40,073 nt of DNA from contig JAACWQ010000004.1 in the NCBI GenBank assembly GCA_009991965.1, positions 1 through 40,073 of the forward strand, read 5' to 3'. A program made the position numbers and the translations under genes. Positions 1-9,489 of this stretch are shown here, piece by piece. How positions within the stretch are numbered: the stretch's first letter is position 1; the number at the start of each line of letters is the position of its first letter. Origin of the DNA: Minisyncoccota bacterium (GTDB lineage: Bacteria; Patescibacteriota; Microgenomatia; UBA1400; PJMF01). The notes under the pieces are model-generated. The model had not been told where the DNA came from and did not search any database. It saw only the letters and a program-made list of their open reading frames with translations.

Positions 1-55
1 TCTCTCTCCTAGATAGCTTTTCTCGAGAACTCCCTGTACAATACGCCCTTCGGCT

Positions 56-1882
56 ATGCAGAAACATACACAACAACTATTACGTAACGTCGCCATCATT
101 GCCCACGTTGATCATGGCAAAACAACCTTGGTGGACTCGATGCTGAAGCAGACGAGAACGTTTGCAGCGCATCAAAAAGAAAACCAACAGACGACTATTA
201 TGGATTCCAATGATCTGGAGCGAGAGCGTGGCGTTACGATTTTGGCCAAAAATACTGCAGTTTTTTGGGAAGAGTATAAAATTAATATTCTCGATACGCC
301 TGGTCATGCCGACTTTAGTGGCGAAGTAGAGCGCGTCTTGAACATGGCGGATGGCTGTGTACTTTTGGTTGATGCAGCCGAAGGCGTACTTTCGCAAACT
401 CGTTTTGTGCTTGCACTTGCTTTGCAACTTGGACTTATCCCGATCGTCATTATCAATAAAGTCGACCGCAAAGACCAACGAGTGGTAGAAGTAAGAAATG
501 AGATTGACGATCTCTTTCTTGAGCTCGCTACCAATGAATCACAACTCAACTTTCCTCTACTCTACGCTCGTGGTTTCGAAGGCATTGCTGGGTTTGATAT
601 AGAAGAACAGGCAGACCATTCGCTCAAAATTACTGATAGCACAGACCTCACTCCCGTATTCAAAACGATTGTCGAGACTGTTCCCTTTCCAAAAGGTGAT
701 CTCGACGGACCACTGCAGCTGCAAATAACCAACGTCGATTACGACGACTACCAAGGCAAGTACGCCATTGGTCGCATCGTCCGCGGCAGTATCAAGCGAA
801 ATCAGCAAATTGCCCTGCTTCGCTCTGAGACAGAATCAAGTACAGAAAAAGTTAAGGGTCTGTTTACCTATTACGGACTCGATCGCATCGAGATTGAAGA
901 AGCCTCTGTCGGAGAAATTGTTGCTATAACTGGACTCAATGATCCACATATTGGCAACACGCTGACTGATGTTTCTGCAAAGGATCTACTCCCAGCACTT
1001 AATATCAGTGAACCAACGGTCAAAGTACAACTGTCTGTTAATACTTCACCATTTGCTGGTCGTGAAGGCCAATTCTCTACGTCTCGCCAACTACGAGAAC
1101 GACTCAAAAAAGAACTCGAGACCAATGTCGGACTACGCGTGACGGACGGTACAACCGGTGAGCGCGTCACACTCATTGGACGCGGCGAGCTACATTTGTC
1201 AATTCTAGTCGAAACTATGCGTCGCGAGGGGTACGAATTTTCACTTTCGAGACCAGAAGTGGTTATCCGAATCACCGATGGCCAGCAAGAAGAGCCATGG
1301 GAGTACGTGACAATCGACGCACCAGAAACTCGCACGGGCGTGATCACGAGTAACTTGGCACAACGACGCGGAGAGTTAATCTCGATGCAAACAACACAGA
1401 GCGGTACGCGATTTACCTATGAGATTTCTACCTCAAACATCATTGGTCTGCGCAACGAGCTTATGACTTCAACCTCGGGTGAAGCAGTGCTCAATAGTTC
1501 ATTTCTTGAATATCGACCGCTTTCTGCTCGTATTGAAGCAAATCGAGGTGGCGCTATCATCAGTCACGAAATTGGCACAGCAACAGCGTACTCAATCGAA
1601 AAAGCACAAGACCGCGGCATGCTCATCGTCAACCCAGGTGAAGAAGTGTATGGCGGTCAAGTCGTCGGCATCCACAAACGAGCAGAAGATATTGTCATGA
1701 ATGTCAGTAAGGGTAAAAAGTTGACCAACATGCGCGCTGCTAGCGCAGATGCAACTGTCGTACTGGCTCCAGCATGGAAACCCTCGCTCGAACAATTCCT
1801 CACCCTGATTGCAGATGATGAAATTCTTGAAGTCACTCCATTAAATATGCGCCTGCGCAAAATTGATCTTATCCGAAAATAA
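56..1882 (+). CDS. typA: Translational GTPase TypA/BipA
   Basis: NVAIIAHVDHGKTTLVD (G1), ERERGVTI, DTPGHADF, NKVD, GRGELHL, C-terminal KKLTNMRA and EVTP motifs typical of BipA. Confidence 0.97.
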   Translation: MQKHTQQLLRNVAIIAHVDHGKTTLVDSMLKQTRTFAAHQKENQQTTIMDSNDLERERGVTILAKNTAVFWEEYKINILDTPGHADFSGEVERVLNMADGCVLLVDAAEGVLSQTRFVLALALQLGLIPIVIINKVDRKDQRVVEVRNEIDDLFLELATNESQLNFPLLYARGFEGIAGFDIEEQADHSLKITDSTDLTPVFKTIVETVPFPKGDLDGPLQLQITNVDYDDYQGKYAIGRIVRGSIKRNQQIALLRSETESSTEKVKGLFTYYGLDRIEIEEASVGEIVAITGLNDPHIGNTLTDVSAKDLLPALNISEPTVKVQLSVNTSPFAGREGQFSTSRQLRERLKKELETNVGLRVTDGTTGERVTLIGRGELHLSILVETMRREGYEFSLSRPEVVIRITDGQQEEPWEYVTIDAPETRTGVITSNLAQRRGELISMQTTQSGTRFTYEISTSNIIGLRNELMTSTSGEAVLNSSFLEYRPLSARIEANRGGAIISHEIGTATAYSIEKAQDRGMLIVNPGEEVYGGQVVGIHKRAEDIVMNVSKGKKLTNMRAASADATVVLAPAWKPSLEQFLTLIADDEILEVTPLNMRLRKIDLIRK

Positions 1883-2834
1883 TTTTTCTCGTTCTTGTAG
1901 CTAAACCAGCGAGTGTCCCAGCTAGCACAGCTGCGTCGGCAGTGTACTGCAATACTGGCAACCACAACCAACTTTTTGGTGCGTAACGAACGTTTTTATC
2001 TACCGCCCACATGCCGTACAAAACTCCAAGCGGCACCCAGAGCTTGAGAACAAATTTCGGTTCGAGGAAATACAAAATAACAAGCGAAGCACCGAGCAAC
2101 AGCACATAGCGAAAAAAAAGCAGCGCCACTTTCGGTCGAAACAATCCAGCCTGTGCATCCCCACGCGCAAAACGAAAAAGCATAGAAAAGAAGTCTCGCA
2201 AATTTGATCTTGGTTGCCACGAAACAATTGCATTTTTTGCAAAGGCAATTGAAATTTTTTGCTGTTGCAGTCTTCGCGCAAAATCGTAATCTTCGTTGTC
2301 AGAAAGAGATTCATCAAAGCCCTTGAGTTTCTGCCAAACTGCTTTGGTCATAAGCATTGAGCGCGTGGCCGGAAGAAAAGTGTTTTCATTTATCCTGTCT
2401 GGCATCACGAGCGTATAGGGAATACTTGCTTCTTCAAATGAAGTTGTTGCAATTCCTTTGTAGTAACCGGCGATAACCGCAGCCTGAGTCTTGAGTTGTT
2501 TTTTTACCAGCTGTTCGAGCCAGTTTTTTTCTGGAATGCAGCCAGCATCGGTGATGGCAAGTAGCGAATATTTTGCTTTTTGTAGAGCCAGATTACGACC
2601 GACACTCCTGTTGCCTGTAAGGGAAAACAGCCTAATGTTAAGCGAGGACTTTTTTGCGAATTGTGTAACTATATCGCCTGTGCCATCTGGCGAATCAGCG
2701 TCGACAATGATGATTTCTGCTGGTGGCAAGGTTTGTCGTTCGAGCGCCTGAAGCAGTGTAACAATTGTTCTGCTTTCGTTAAACGTTGTGATGATGACGG
2801 ATACCAATGTCGTAGATTCAGAATTTATTGGCAT
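1869..2834 (-). CDS. Glycosyltransferase family 2 with C-terminal hydrophobic segment
   Basis: VSVIITTFNE, IIIVDADSPDGT, GRNLAL, TDAG (DxD-like), GFDE...EDYDF. Confidence 0.9.
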   Translation of the reverse strand: MPINSESTTLVSVIITTFNESRTIVTLLQALERQTLPPAEIIIVDADSPDGTGDIVTQFAKKSSLNIRLFSLTGNRSVGRNLALQKAKYSLLAITDAGCIPEKNWLEQLVKKQLKTQAAVIAGYYKGIATTSFEEASIPYTLVMPDRINENTFLPATRSMLMTKAVWQKLKGFDESLSDNEDYDFARRLQQQKISIAFAKNAIVSWQPRSNLRDFFSMLFRFARGDAQAGLFRPKVALLFFRYVLLLGASLVILYFLEPKFVLKLWVPLGVLYGMWAVDKNVRYAPKSWLWLPVLQYTADAAVLAGTLAGLATRTRKIIFG

Positions 2835-3952
2835 ACTTTTTGTAATATGACTTCGTACTGCTTCGCAGTACGCTCTATTGTATAGTGCGCCAAAAATCTC
2901 TGGTGACCTGCGCTGCCCAAACGATTTGCCAGACTGTCGTCTGTGAGCAGGCGAATTATATTATCTGCAAACGCCTGCAAATCCCCATCTGATGCAAGTA
3001 GACCAGTTTTGTTGTGCATAATAATTTCATTACCTGGCCCATGATCAAATGCAACAACCGGCTTGCCAAATGCCATTCCCTCACAAGATACCAAACCAAA
3101 TCCCTCAAGTGGCCAAATAGATGGAACAGCGCATACTCTCGCAGTTGCCAAGATTTTGAGTGCATCGGGCACACGACCAGTGCAAGTGATCGATTTTGAT
3201 AATTGCAGTTTTTTTACCAGCTTGCGAACAGTTGCCAAAAATGCACCCTCACCAACTAAAGTCAGATGTGCGTGAGGAATTTTTTTCTGCACTATCGCAA
3301 AAATCTTAACCAATAGATCTTGCCCTTTTCCCGCTTCCATCCGTGAGATACAAATTATTTCTGGTTTTTTTGGGAGTGTTGCAAACGGTGCAGGGCGAAT
3401 ATTGCGGCCGCAGGGAATCATCGCAAGTTGCTGTTTCGTCAAAATCTTTTCTGCCAACAAACCTCGCTGTGAGTGGCGCGAAGAGGTTATTACTGTTGCA
3501 ACAAATTTGGCAGCGAGCTGATACCAAAACCGAGGTAATCCAAAGAATTTATCAAGTACTGTAGCCATTGGGGCAAACTCTATCCAAACTACCGAGACGC
3601 CAAAGACTCTCGCCCACCATGAGACGAATAGTTTTTCGGCAAAACCAGAAATGAGGAAGACGTCTACTTTGCGCTCCTTCCAAACAATCAGACCATAGAT
3701 AATCCAAGCAGCTGGCAACAATATCGCTGCCTTCAGTAATCCTTTCCAGTCACCAATAATATCGATCTCTACGGGAATGCTTTGCGCCGAAATCCCCTGT
3801 TGTTGCAGTAATTTTTGAAACGGTTGGTAGTTTGTGTATGCCGTCACCGCATGCTGCTTTTGTGCCAACGATCCAAGTAGCTCACTCACAAAGGTCTCAG
3901 CGCCACCCAAGCCAAACGTTTGCGAAATATAACAAATGCGAAGTGGCTTCAC
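2825..3952 (-). CDS. Glycosyltransferase family 4 (GT-B)
   Basis: GGAE N-terminal motif, SRMEAGKG, EGFGLVSCEGMAFGKPVV (EX7E). Confidence 0.92.
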   Translation of the reverse strand: MKPLRICYISQTFGLGGAETFVSELLGSLAQKQHAVTAYTNYQPFQKLLQQQGISAQSIPVEIDIIGDWKGLLKAAILLPAAWIIYGLIVWKERKVDVFLISGFAEKLFVSWWARVFGVSVVWIEFAPMATVLDKFFGLPRFWYQLAAKFVATVITSSRHSQRGLLAEKILTKQQLAMIPCGRNIRPAPFATLPKKPEIICISRMEAGKGQDLLVKIFAIVQKKIPHAHLTLVGEGAFLATVRKLVKKLQLSKSITCTGRVPDALKILATARVCAVPSIWPLEGFGLVSCEGMAFGKPVVAFDHGPGNEIIMHNKTGLLASDGDLQAFADNIIRLLTDDSLANRLGSAGHQRFLAHYTIERTAKQYEVILQKVCQ

Positions 3953-4923
3953 TTTTTACTCCACAGCTCATGGTACTGTTGGGCTAGTTTTTTCCATGTT
4001 TGTTTGTGACTCCACGAACGCGCGGCAGCTGCTAGCGGAACTAGGTCTGTGTATGCAGCAACAATTTGTGTGGGAGAATTTGCAATCGAAATCCAAGACG
4101 CAAACGGCGTCATTTGCAAGTAATCTTTTTTAAACTCGGTTTTGGCATATGCGATAACTGGAACGCCCGCAGACAAGCTCTCTAGGATTGCTAAGTATTG
4201 ACTCACAAAGGCGCAGGAGTATCGACCGATCAATGCGCCTGCATTTGGTACAAAGCCATAGAATGTTACTGGCAGTTTGTGCCGTCGAACGTACTGTTCT
4301 GCCCAGGATCGCTGACTGCCTTCGCCATAAACATCGAGGTGAATTTTACTGCCATTTTTCTTTGCCAATGCAACTGCTTGCATGTAACTACCAAATCCCG
4401 TATCTGACTCTAGTCTTCCAATAAATACAGCTTTTTTGATTGTGGTATGCGGTTGTTTTTGCACTCTTGCAACTGCGCCGTAGGAAATTTGGTTACTCGT
4501 TACTCCATACCATTTTGTGTGAAAGCCACCGATACAGATAGTGCCTCGTGTTAGCCACGAAGCTAACTGATGCCAAAACTTCTGCGTCTGACTTGGCCCT
4601 GCGACTGACTCATAACCATGAAATGTTATATAGATTCGCTTCCACCAAAGGAGGGGCAAAAAAGGCAGCAGCCACCAAAAAACATCGTGCACATGAATGA
4701 TTGCTGCTTGCCACAATGCCGGCAGTTGTCGAAACATTCCGGCCCAAACTGCAAGTTTGTGCGAACGAATTCCCCCTGAGTGATCTAACAACATCTGTTC
4801 ATTGAGAATCGAAGAATGATAACCAAGCTTTTGTAACTCAGGAATCAGTTGCGACAAATGTGACTCAACCCCACCAATTTGCGGTGCAGAACGACGAGCG
4901 AGATGAAATACTGTTTGTTGCAT
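3949..4923 (-). CDS. Glycosyltransferase family 4 (GT-B); start placed at ATG 4923
   Basis: GGVE, IIHVHD, TFHG, FIGRLE, AILESLSAGVPVI; GGAG just upstream of ATG 4923, and this start avoids overlap with dus. Confidence 0.85.
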   Translation of the reverse strand: MQQTVFHLARRSAPQIGGVESHLSQLIPELQKLGYHSSILNEQMLLDHSGGIRSHKLAVWAGMFRQLPALWQAAIIHVHDVFWWLLPFLPLLWWKRIYITFHGYESVAGPSQTQKFWHQLASWLTRGTICIGGFHTKWYGVTSNQISYGAVARVQKQPHTTIKKAVFIGRLESDTGFGSYMQAVALAKKNGSKIHLDVYGEGSQRSWAEQYVRRHKLPVTFYGFVPNAGALIGRYSCAFVSQYLAILESLSAGVPVIAYAKTEFKKDYLQMTPFASWISIANSPTQIVAAYTDLVPLAAAARSWSHKQTWKKLAQQYHELWSKK

Positions 4924-4933
4924 GTTCTCCAGG

Positions 4934-4939
4934 TATAAT
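4934..4939 (+). promoter_or_regulatory. -10 box (TATAAT) of dus
   Basis: TATAAT 8 nt before ATG 4948. Confidence 0.6.
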
Positions 4940-4947
4940 ACCCTCCT

Positions 4948-6000
4948 ATGAACTTTTGGCAACAACTACAGCAACCGATAATTGGTCTCTCACCCATGGA
5001 TGGAGTGACCGACCATCCCTATCGTCATATGCAAAAGAAATATGGCAATCCCACGGTGATCTACACAGAATTTGCGAGTGTCGAAGGACTCTGTCGTGGC
5101 GCAGCGAAATTGCTGAAAGATTTTTTGTTTGATGAAATCCAGCGTCCGATCGTTGCGCAAGTTTACGGTACGACGCCAAAGTTTTTTCGCCAAACCGCGG
5201 TTGTGCTCTGTGAGCTTGGTTTTGACGGTATTGATATAAATATGGGCTGTCCCGCCAAGAACGTGGCACATAGTGGGGCTGGAGCGGCATTGATCAAAAC
5301 ACCAGAACTGGCCCAAGAAATAATCCGAGAAACAAAAGCGGGTGTGGAGGATTGGCTCCAGGGAATGAAAATTGCAGATCTACCAGATATCACTCCAGAA
5401 ATTGCGAAAATTGTACAAGCACGCCACGATGCATTGCCGCAAGCATATCAAGAAAAAAGAGCGCTACCAATCAGCATCAAAACGCGCGTTGGGTATGACG
5501 CACCAGTAATTAGCGAATGGATTCCTCGATTACTCGAACTCGAACCAACTTGTATCGCTATACACGGCCGCACCTTGCGCCAACAGTATTCTGGAGTAGC
5601 TGACTGGGAACGCATTGGCGAGGCTGCCGAACTCGCTGCTGGCAGCAACACGCTCATACTGGGCAATGGTGATGTGGACTCTCTCGAAACAGCGCGCCAA
5701 AGAACAGAAGAATATAAACTTGCGGGTGTATTGATTGGACGCGCAAGTATGGGCAATCCGTTTGTTTTTCGGGCCTCACAACTAGATGAGCCTTCGCTAT
5801 TTGCAATTGCCGTTGAACATGCCAAATTGTTTGAGGCGACATACCAAATAAATGATTCCTATGCATTTTTGCCCATGCGCAAAAATTTGGGTTGGTACGT
5901 TCGCTCAATTCCCAACGCAAAAGAGGTGCGTGCGGAGCTTTTTCAGGCAAACACAAGTCAAGAAGTACGCGAAATTCTTAAACGCCACGGTCTTGTGTAA
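4948..6000 (+). CDS. dus: tRNA-dihydrouridine synthase (DusB-like, with an insertion)
   Basis: LSPMDGVTD, IDINMGCP (catalytic Cys), GAGAAL, SIKTRVG, IHGRT, GNGDV, IGRA..GNP. Confidence 0.95.
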   Translation: MNFWQQLQQPIIGLSPMDGVTDHPYRHMQKKYGNPTVIYTEFASVEGLCRGAAKLLKDFLFDEIQRPIVAQVYGTTPKFFRQTAVVLCELGFDGIDINMGCPAKNVAHSGAGAALIKTPELAQEIIRETKAGVEDWLQGMKIADLPDITPEIAKIVQARHDALPQAYQEKRALPISIKTRVGYDAPVISEWIPRLLELEPTCIAIHGRTLRQQYSGVADWERIGEAAELAAGSNTLILGNGDVDSLETARQRTEEYKLAGVLIGRASMGNPFVFRASQLDEPSLFAIAVEHAKLFEATYQINDSYAFLPMRKNLGWYVRSIPNAKEVRAELFQANTSQEVREILKRHGLV

Positions 6001-6001
6001 A

Positions 6002-6010
6002 TGCTATAAT
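6002..6010 (+). promoter_or_regulatory. Extended -10 promoter of tRNA-Val
   Basis: TGcTATAAT 13 nt upstream of the tRNA 5' end. Confidence 0.65.
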
Positions 6011-6023
6011 TGCCAGGTCATTT

Positions 6024-6097
6024 GGTCGCATAGCTCAGTTGGTTAGAGCGCTGCATTCACATTGCAGAGGTCAAAGGTTCGAATCCTTTTGCGACCA
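6024..6097 (+). tRNA. tRNA-Val(CAC), CCA not encoded
   Basis: Acceptor GGTCGCA/TGCGACC + A; D arm GCTC-AGTTGGTTA-GAGC; anticodon arm CTGCA-TTCACAT-TGCAG; T arm AAAGG-TTCGAAT-CCTTT. Confidence 0.96.
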
Positions 6098-6122
6098 CAG
6101 CTGTATGCCAGCTGAAAAATAA

Positions 6123-7745
6123 TTACTTAAAAAACTTTGCTTGTAGTTGTGCAAATTTTTCTGGGTCTGATTCCTTATATGTTTCAATAAATAATCTCAG
6201 TGATGCAGTATCTTGTGGTTCTAATAGGTAGGCTGTCCACAAATTTTTGCGAGCCTCTTCCAATCTTTTTTGATCAATTTGCAATCGACCAAGATTTAGA
6301 TATGCCAATGAAAATGCAGGATTAATCTCAATTTCTTTGAGATACAATTGTTCTGCTTGTTCAAGATCACCTCTCTCATATGCAATCAACCCCAAATTGC
6401 CATGTACCATTGGCTCCTCAGCATGCAGTTTGAGTGATTGCTGATACGCAAACTCAGCTTGATCTGGATTGCCTGCAAGTTGATACATTGCTGCTCTGTT
6501 TCGATGTGCAAATGCAGACAATGGTGACGTTTTCACCGCTTGATCCCAAAATACTTCGCGACTGATAAATGACCTGCTATATACGAGCGTCTTTGCTGCA
6601 AAGATTACAATTATTAAACCAATGGCTGTGAAATATAGCTTTTGCCATTTTTTATTTCGAAAGTATACAAATACTTCTAGCAAAAAAATCAGCATGCCAA
6701 TGCTTGGTACATACAATCTATGTTCTAGCTGTACATCCTGACCCAGCGCAAAACCCTCATTGTGGAATAAGATTACAGGAAACAGAAAAAGGGAAAACCA
6801 AGTTAGGCCAAAAGTTGCTCGCAAAAAAACTGTACGTTTTTTTCTTAAAAAGAATAGTATGCCAACAAATACAGCAAAGACAAATACGCCGAGATTTGGG
6901 GAGTATCCATTTACAATGGGAAAAACTGACTGGTGGATTGGGATAATAAGTTTGCCTAAGTAAACGAAGAAGGCTGAGTAGTTATGAATAAATGCTGCGA
7001 TAAATCCAACAATAGAAAACGAAGTAGAGCTAATGACCACATTGCTTCGTGCCACAAACCAGACAAGGTAGACCGTGAGCAACCCCATCATTAGCACCCA
7101 CTGATATAAAAACGCTGGCTTTTTTTTGTTCCAGGCAACTACCAAAGGTAGTATCAGCAAAGGAAACATTGCCGCCGATTCCTTTGTAAAAAGCGCCAAA
7201 GCAAATGTGACAACACCTGCTCCCAACCACACCCAAGATTTTTTCTCTAAGAAATGTAAAAAACTGAGGATACTCAACAATAAAAAAAGGGCTAGTAGTG
7301 AATCATTTCTCCCCGGAATCCAAGCAACCGCCTGAACAAATGCTGGGTGCACTAAAAAGAGTAAACTACTGAGAAAGCTTACGCGTTTGCTATATCCCAA
7401 TTTTTGCAAAAAAAAGTATAACAGCACCACAACTGCACCATGCAGCATGATATTACTAAAGTGAAATGGTAGTAAATTGTCTGGGCTTCGAGCGAAAAAT
7501 GCATCTATTGCCAGTGAAACAGTCACGAGCGGACGATAATATATGGCAGTTGTGCTCAAAAATACGTCTCGGGTAAATGCTTGAGTAATGCCGGAGGAAG
7601 AACCAATAAACCAAAAATTATTTGCAACCAGCCGATCATCGTCTAGATAGGTGTACCCAAAAAACAAACTCTGGGCGTACAAAATAAAAGCTAACACTGC
7701 CAATGTACTGGGCAAAAACCACTTGTGTTGCATGAAATTTGGCAC
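6123..7745 (-). CDS. Multi-pass membrane GT-C protein with C-terminal TPR repeats (TMTC-like glycosyltransferase)
   Basis: YLDD, YYRPL, FHFSNIMLH, FLVHP..VQAVAWIPGRNDSL, LFTKESA, EHRLYVPSIG, then TPR-type helices (HGNLG, YLNLG). Confidence 0.8.
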   Translation of the reverse strand: MPNFMQHKWFLPSTLAVLAFILYAQSLFFGYTYLDDDRLVANNFWFIGSSSGITQAFTRDVFLSTTAIYYRPLVTVSLAIDAFFARSPDNLLPFHFSNIMLHGAVVVLLYFFLQKLGYSKRVSFLSSLLFLVHPAFVQAVAWIPGRNDSLLALFLLLSILSFLHFLEKKSWVWLGAGVVTFALALFTKESAAMFPLLILPLVVAWNKKKPAFLYQWVLMMGLLTVYLVWFVARSNVVISSTSFSIVGFIAAFIHNYSAFFVYLGKLIIPIHQSVFPIVNGYSPNLGVFVFAVFVGILFFLRKKRTVFLRATFGLTWFSLFLFPVILFHNEGFALGQDVQLEHRLYVPSIGMLIFLLEVFVYFRNKKWQKLYFTAIGLIIVIFAAKTLVYSRSFISREVFWDQAVKTSPLSAFAHRNRAAMYQLAGNPDQAEFAYQQSLKLHAEEPMVHGNLGLIAYERGDLEQAEQLYLKEIEINPAFSLAYLNLGRLQIDQKRLEEARKNLWTAYLLEPQDTASLRLFIETYKESDPEKFAQLQAKFFK

Positions 7746-7785
7746 AGACGATAGTATCGCATGTTTCTACACTTAACGTCATGTT

Positions 7786-8448
7786 GTGTCGCTATCATCA
7801 TTTTTAGTGCTACAAACATTGCTCACACTCGGCAAGGAACTATTCTGGCCACAAACCTGTGCTGGCTGTGGCACCTGGTTTTCACCCCTCTGCCCGTACT
7901 GTTACAACAAACTTTCATTCTATATGCTGCCAAAAAAGTTTACGCTGAGCGACGATTCCTCTATGACTGTCTGGAGCATGCTAGAGTTTGATGAACGAGT
8001 GCGTACGCTCATTCACCGACTTAAATACCAAGGTATGTACGAGACTGCGCCGCTGCTGGCTGATCTTTTGTACTTCGCAAGTTATATCCCTCCAGTAGAT
8101 ATGATTGTACCCATACCCTTGCACAGAAGCAGAAAAAAGGCGCGTGGATACAACCAGTCCGAATTAATTGCTATGCGCTTGGCGCATCATTTACAAATTC
8201 CAGTCATCCCCGCCGTACTTCGAGTCGTCGCTTCTGCCCAACAGGCAAAGACAAGTTCTCGAGACGAACGACTCCATAATTTGGCAGGACACTTTGTGCT
8301 TGCGCCAGAATATCAAGCAAGTCTACAAGGCAAACACATCCTGCTGCTTGATGATGTACTGACCACTGGCGCCACCCTAACTGCCTGCGCAGAAGTACTC
8401 CAGCGAGCCGCGCCAAAAGAGATTTCCGGACTGACCGTTGCGCATTAA
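7786..8448 (+). CDS. comF: ComF family competence protein (zinc ribbon + PRTase domain); exact start uncertain
   Basis: CAGC..LCPYC, LKYQG, VPIPLH, RGYNQS, LLLDDVLTTGATL. Confidence 0.93.
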   Translation: MSLSSFLVLQTLLTLGKELFWPQTCAGCGTWFSPLCPYCYNKLSFYMLPKKFTLSDDSSMTVWSMLEFDERVRTLIHRLKYQGMYETAPLLADLLYFASYIPPVDMIVPIPLHRSRKKARGYNQSELIAMRLAHHLQIPVIPAVLRVVASAQQAKTSSRDERLHNLAGHFVLAPEYQASLQGKHILLLDDVLTTGATLTACAEVLQRAAPKEISGLTVAH

Positions 8449-8459
8449 TTAAAATACCC

Positions 8460-8465
8460 TATAAT
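8460..8465 (+). promoter_or_regulatory. -10 box of ssrA
   Basis: TATAAT 12 nt upstream of the tmRNA 5' end. Confidence 0.6.
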
Positions 8466-8477
8466 CTTTTTCACGTC

Positions 8478-8886
8478 GGGGATGTATTGCTTTGACGTAT
8501 GGCGCTCATTAACATCGGCAGGTCATCTTTGATAACAGATGTAAAACAGATCAAAACATAACTGCAAATTCAATTCGCAGCACAGTTGCAAAGGCAGGTA
8601 AAGCAGTCGCTGACTTCTTCACCATCACCCCAGCAACTTCAGCTTACGCTTTAGCGTAATATGACATTTAACATTTCACTCTCATGGGTGGTGAGTGTTA
8701 GGTGGAAACCCAGCCCGTGTGACTTGATGAATTATTTGGTTTATTCATCACTAAGCAACTAACGACCGAGGTTGTCTCTGTATGGTTTGGTCATTCACCG
8801 CAGCGACAATTAACCAAAAATGTTCTATACCTGTAGATGCTGTTTTTGTTCACATACGGACGGGGGTTCATTGCCCCCCATCTCCA
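8478..8886 (+). ncRNA. ssrA: tmRNA (one-piece); tag ORF 8564-8659 encodes ANSIRSTVAKAGKAVADFFTITPATSAYALA*
   Basis: 5' GGGGATG pairs with 3' CATCTCC-A including the G3:U alanine identity pair; TTTGAC after the D-loop analog; GGAC-GGGGG-TTCATTG-CCCCC T arm; ATAACT-GCA resume context; tag ends YALA*. Confidence 0.93.
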
Positions 8887-8900
8887 CAAATTTAGGCTAT

Positions 8901-9164
8901 TCAGCGATAGATATCTCTTCTGTGCCCGATTCTCAAAATTAAAACTGTCTTTTTAAACTCATAGATATCGTAGAGAACTCGGTAATCCCCAATTCTTAGT
9001 CTGCATTGTGCAATCTCATGACGGACTAGCGGCTTAAACTGTTGTGGCCGCTGGTTAATTTTTAAATCTTGAATTGCTCTAATTATTTTCTTCTGAGCAG
9101 GCGAGGAAATTTTCTTCAGATCTTTCTTTGCTTTACTCGAAATTTGAATAGAAAATTTTGACAC
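8901..9164 (-). CDS. relE: Type II toxin, RelE/ParE family
   Basis: AKKDLKKI, RLRIGDYRVLY, LRIGHRRDIYR; basic 87 aa protein downstream of antitoxin. Confidence 0.9.
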   Translation of the reverse strand: MSKFSIQISSKAKKDLKKISSPAQKKIIRAIQDLKINQRPQQFKPLVRHEIAQCRLRIGDYRVLYDIYEFKKTVLILRIGHRRDIYR

Positions 9165-9173
9165 CTCGTCAAA

Positions 9174-9446
9174 CTACTTTTCTAATTCCAATACAAACTG
9201 ATCAAAATCAGTTGCTTTTCCTTGCTGATACTCTTCTCGCGCTTGAGCAATTTCTTTTTTTAGTTTGGGAGAGCTCAGCTCCATCATGATATCTTGTATT
9301 TCCTTATAGTCATCAAAAGAGATTGCAACAAAAGCTGGCTTACTACGATTAGTCACTACATAGTGACCACCTACATCGCTGATCTGCCGAGCCAAAGCGG
9401 GCAGTTGTGTCTGAAACTGTTTAATACCAAATACATTTTGTAACAT
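9174..9446 (-). CDS. Type II antitoxin, Phd/YefM family
   Basis: YVVTNRSKPAFVAISFDDY, SSPKLKKEIAQAREEY..G; acidic C-terminus; directly upstream of the toxin. Confidence 0.88.
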   Translation of the reverse strand: MLQNVFGIKQFQTQLPALARQISDVGGHYVVTNRSKPAFVAISFDDYKEIQDIMMELSSPKLKKEIAQAREEYQQGKATDFDQFVLELEK

Positions 9447-9455
9447 ATATTGTTA

Positions 9456-9484
9456 AGTATGTCTTAAAGTACGTACTTTGTCAA
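9456..9484 (-). promoter_or_regulatory. Sigma70 promoter of the TA operon with palindromic operator AAAGTACGTACTTT (9466-9479)
   Basis: Minus strand TTGACA-17 nt-CATACT; the spacer contains a perfect 14-bp palindrome. Confidence 0.75.
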
Positions 9485-9489
9485 TTTGG

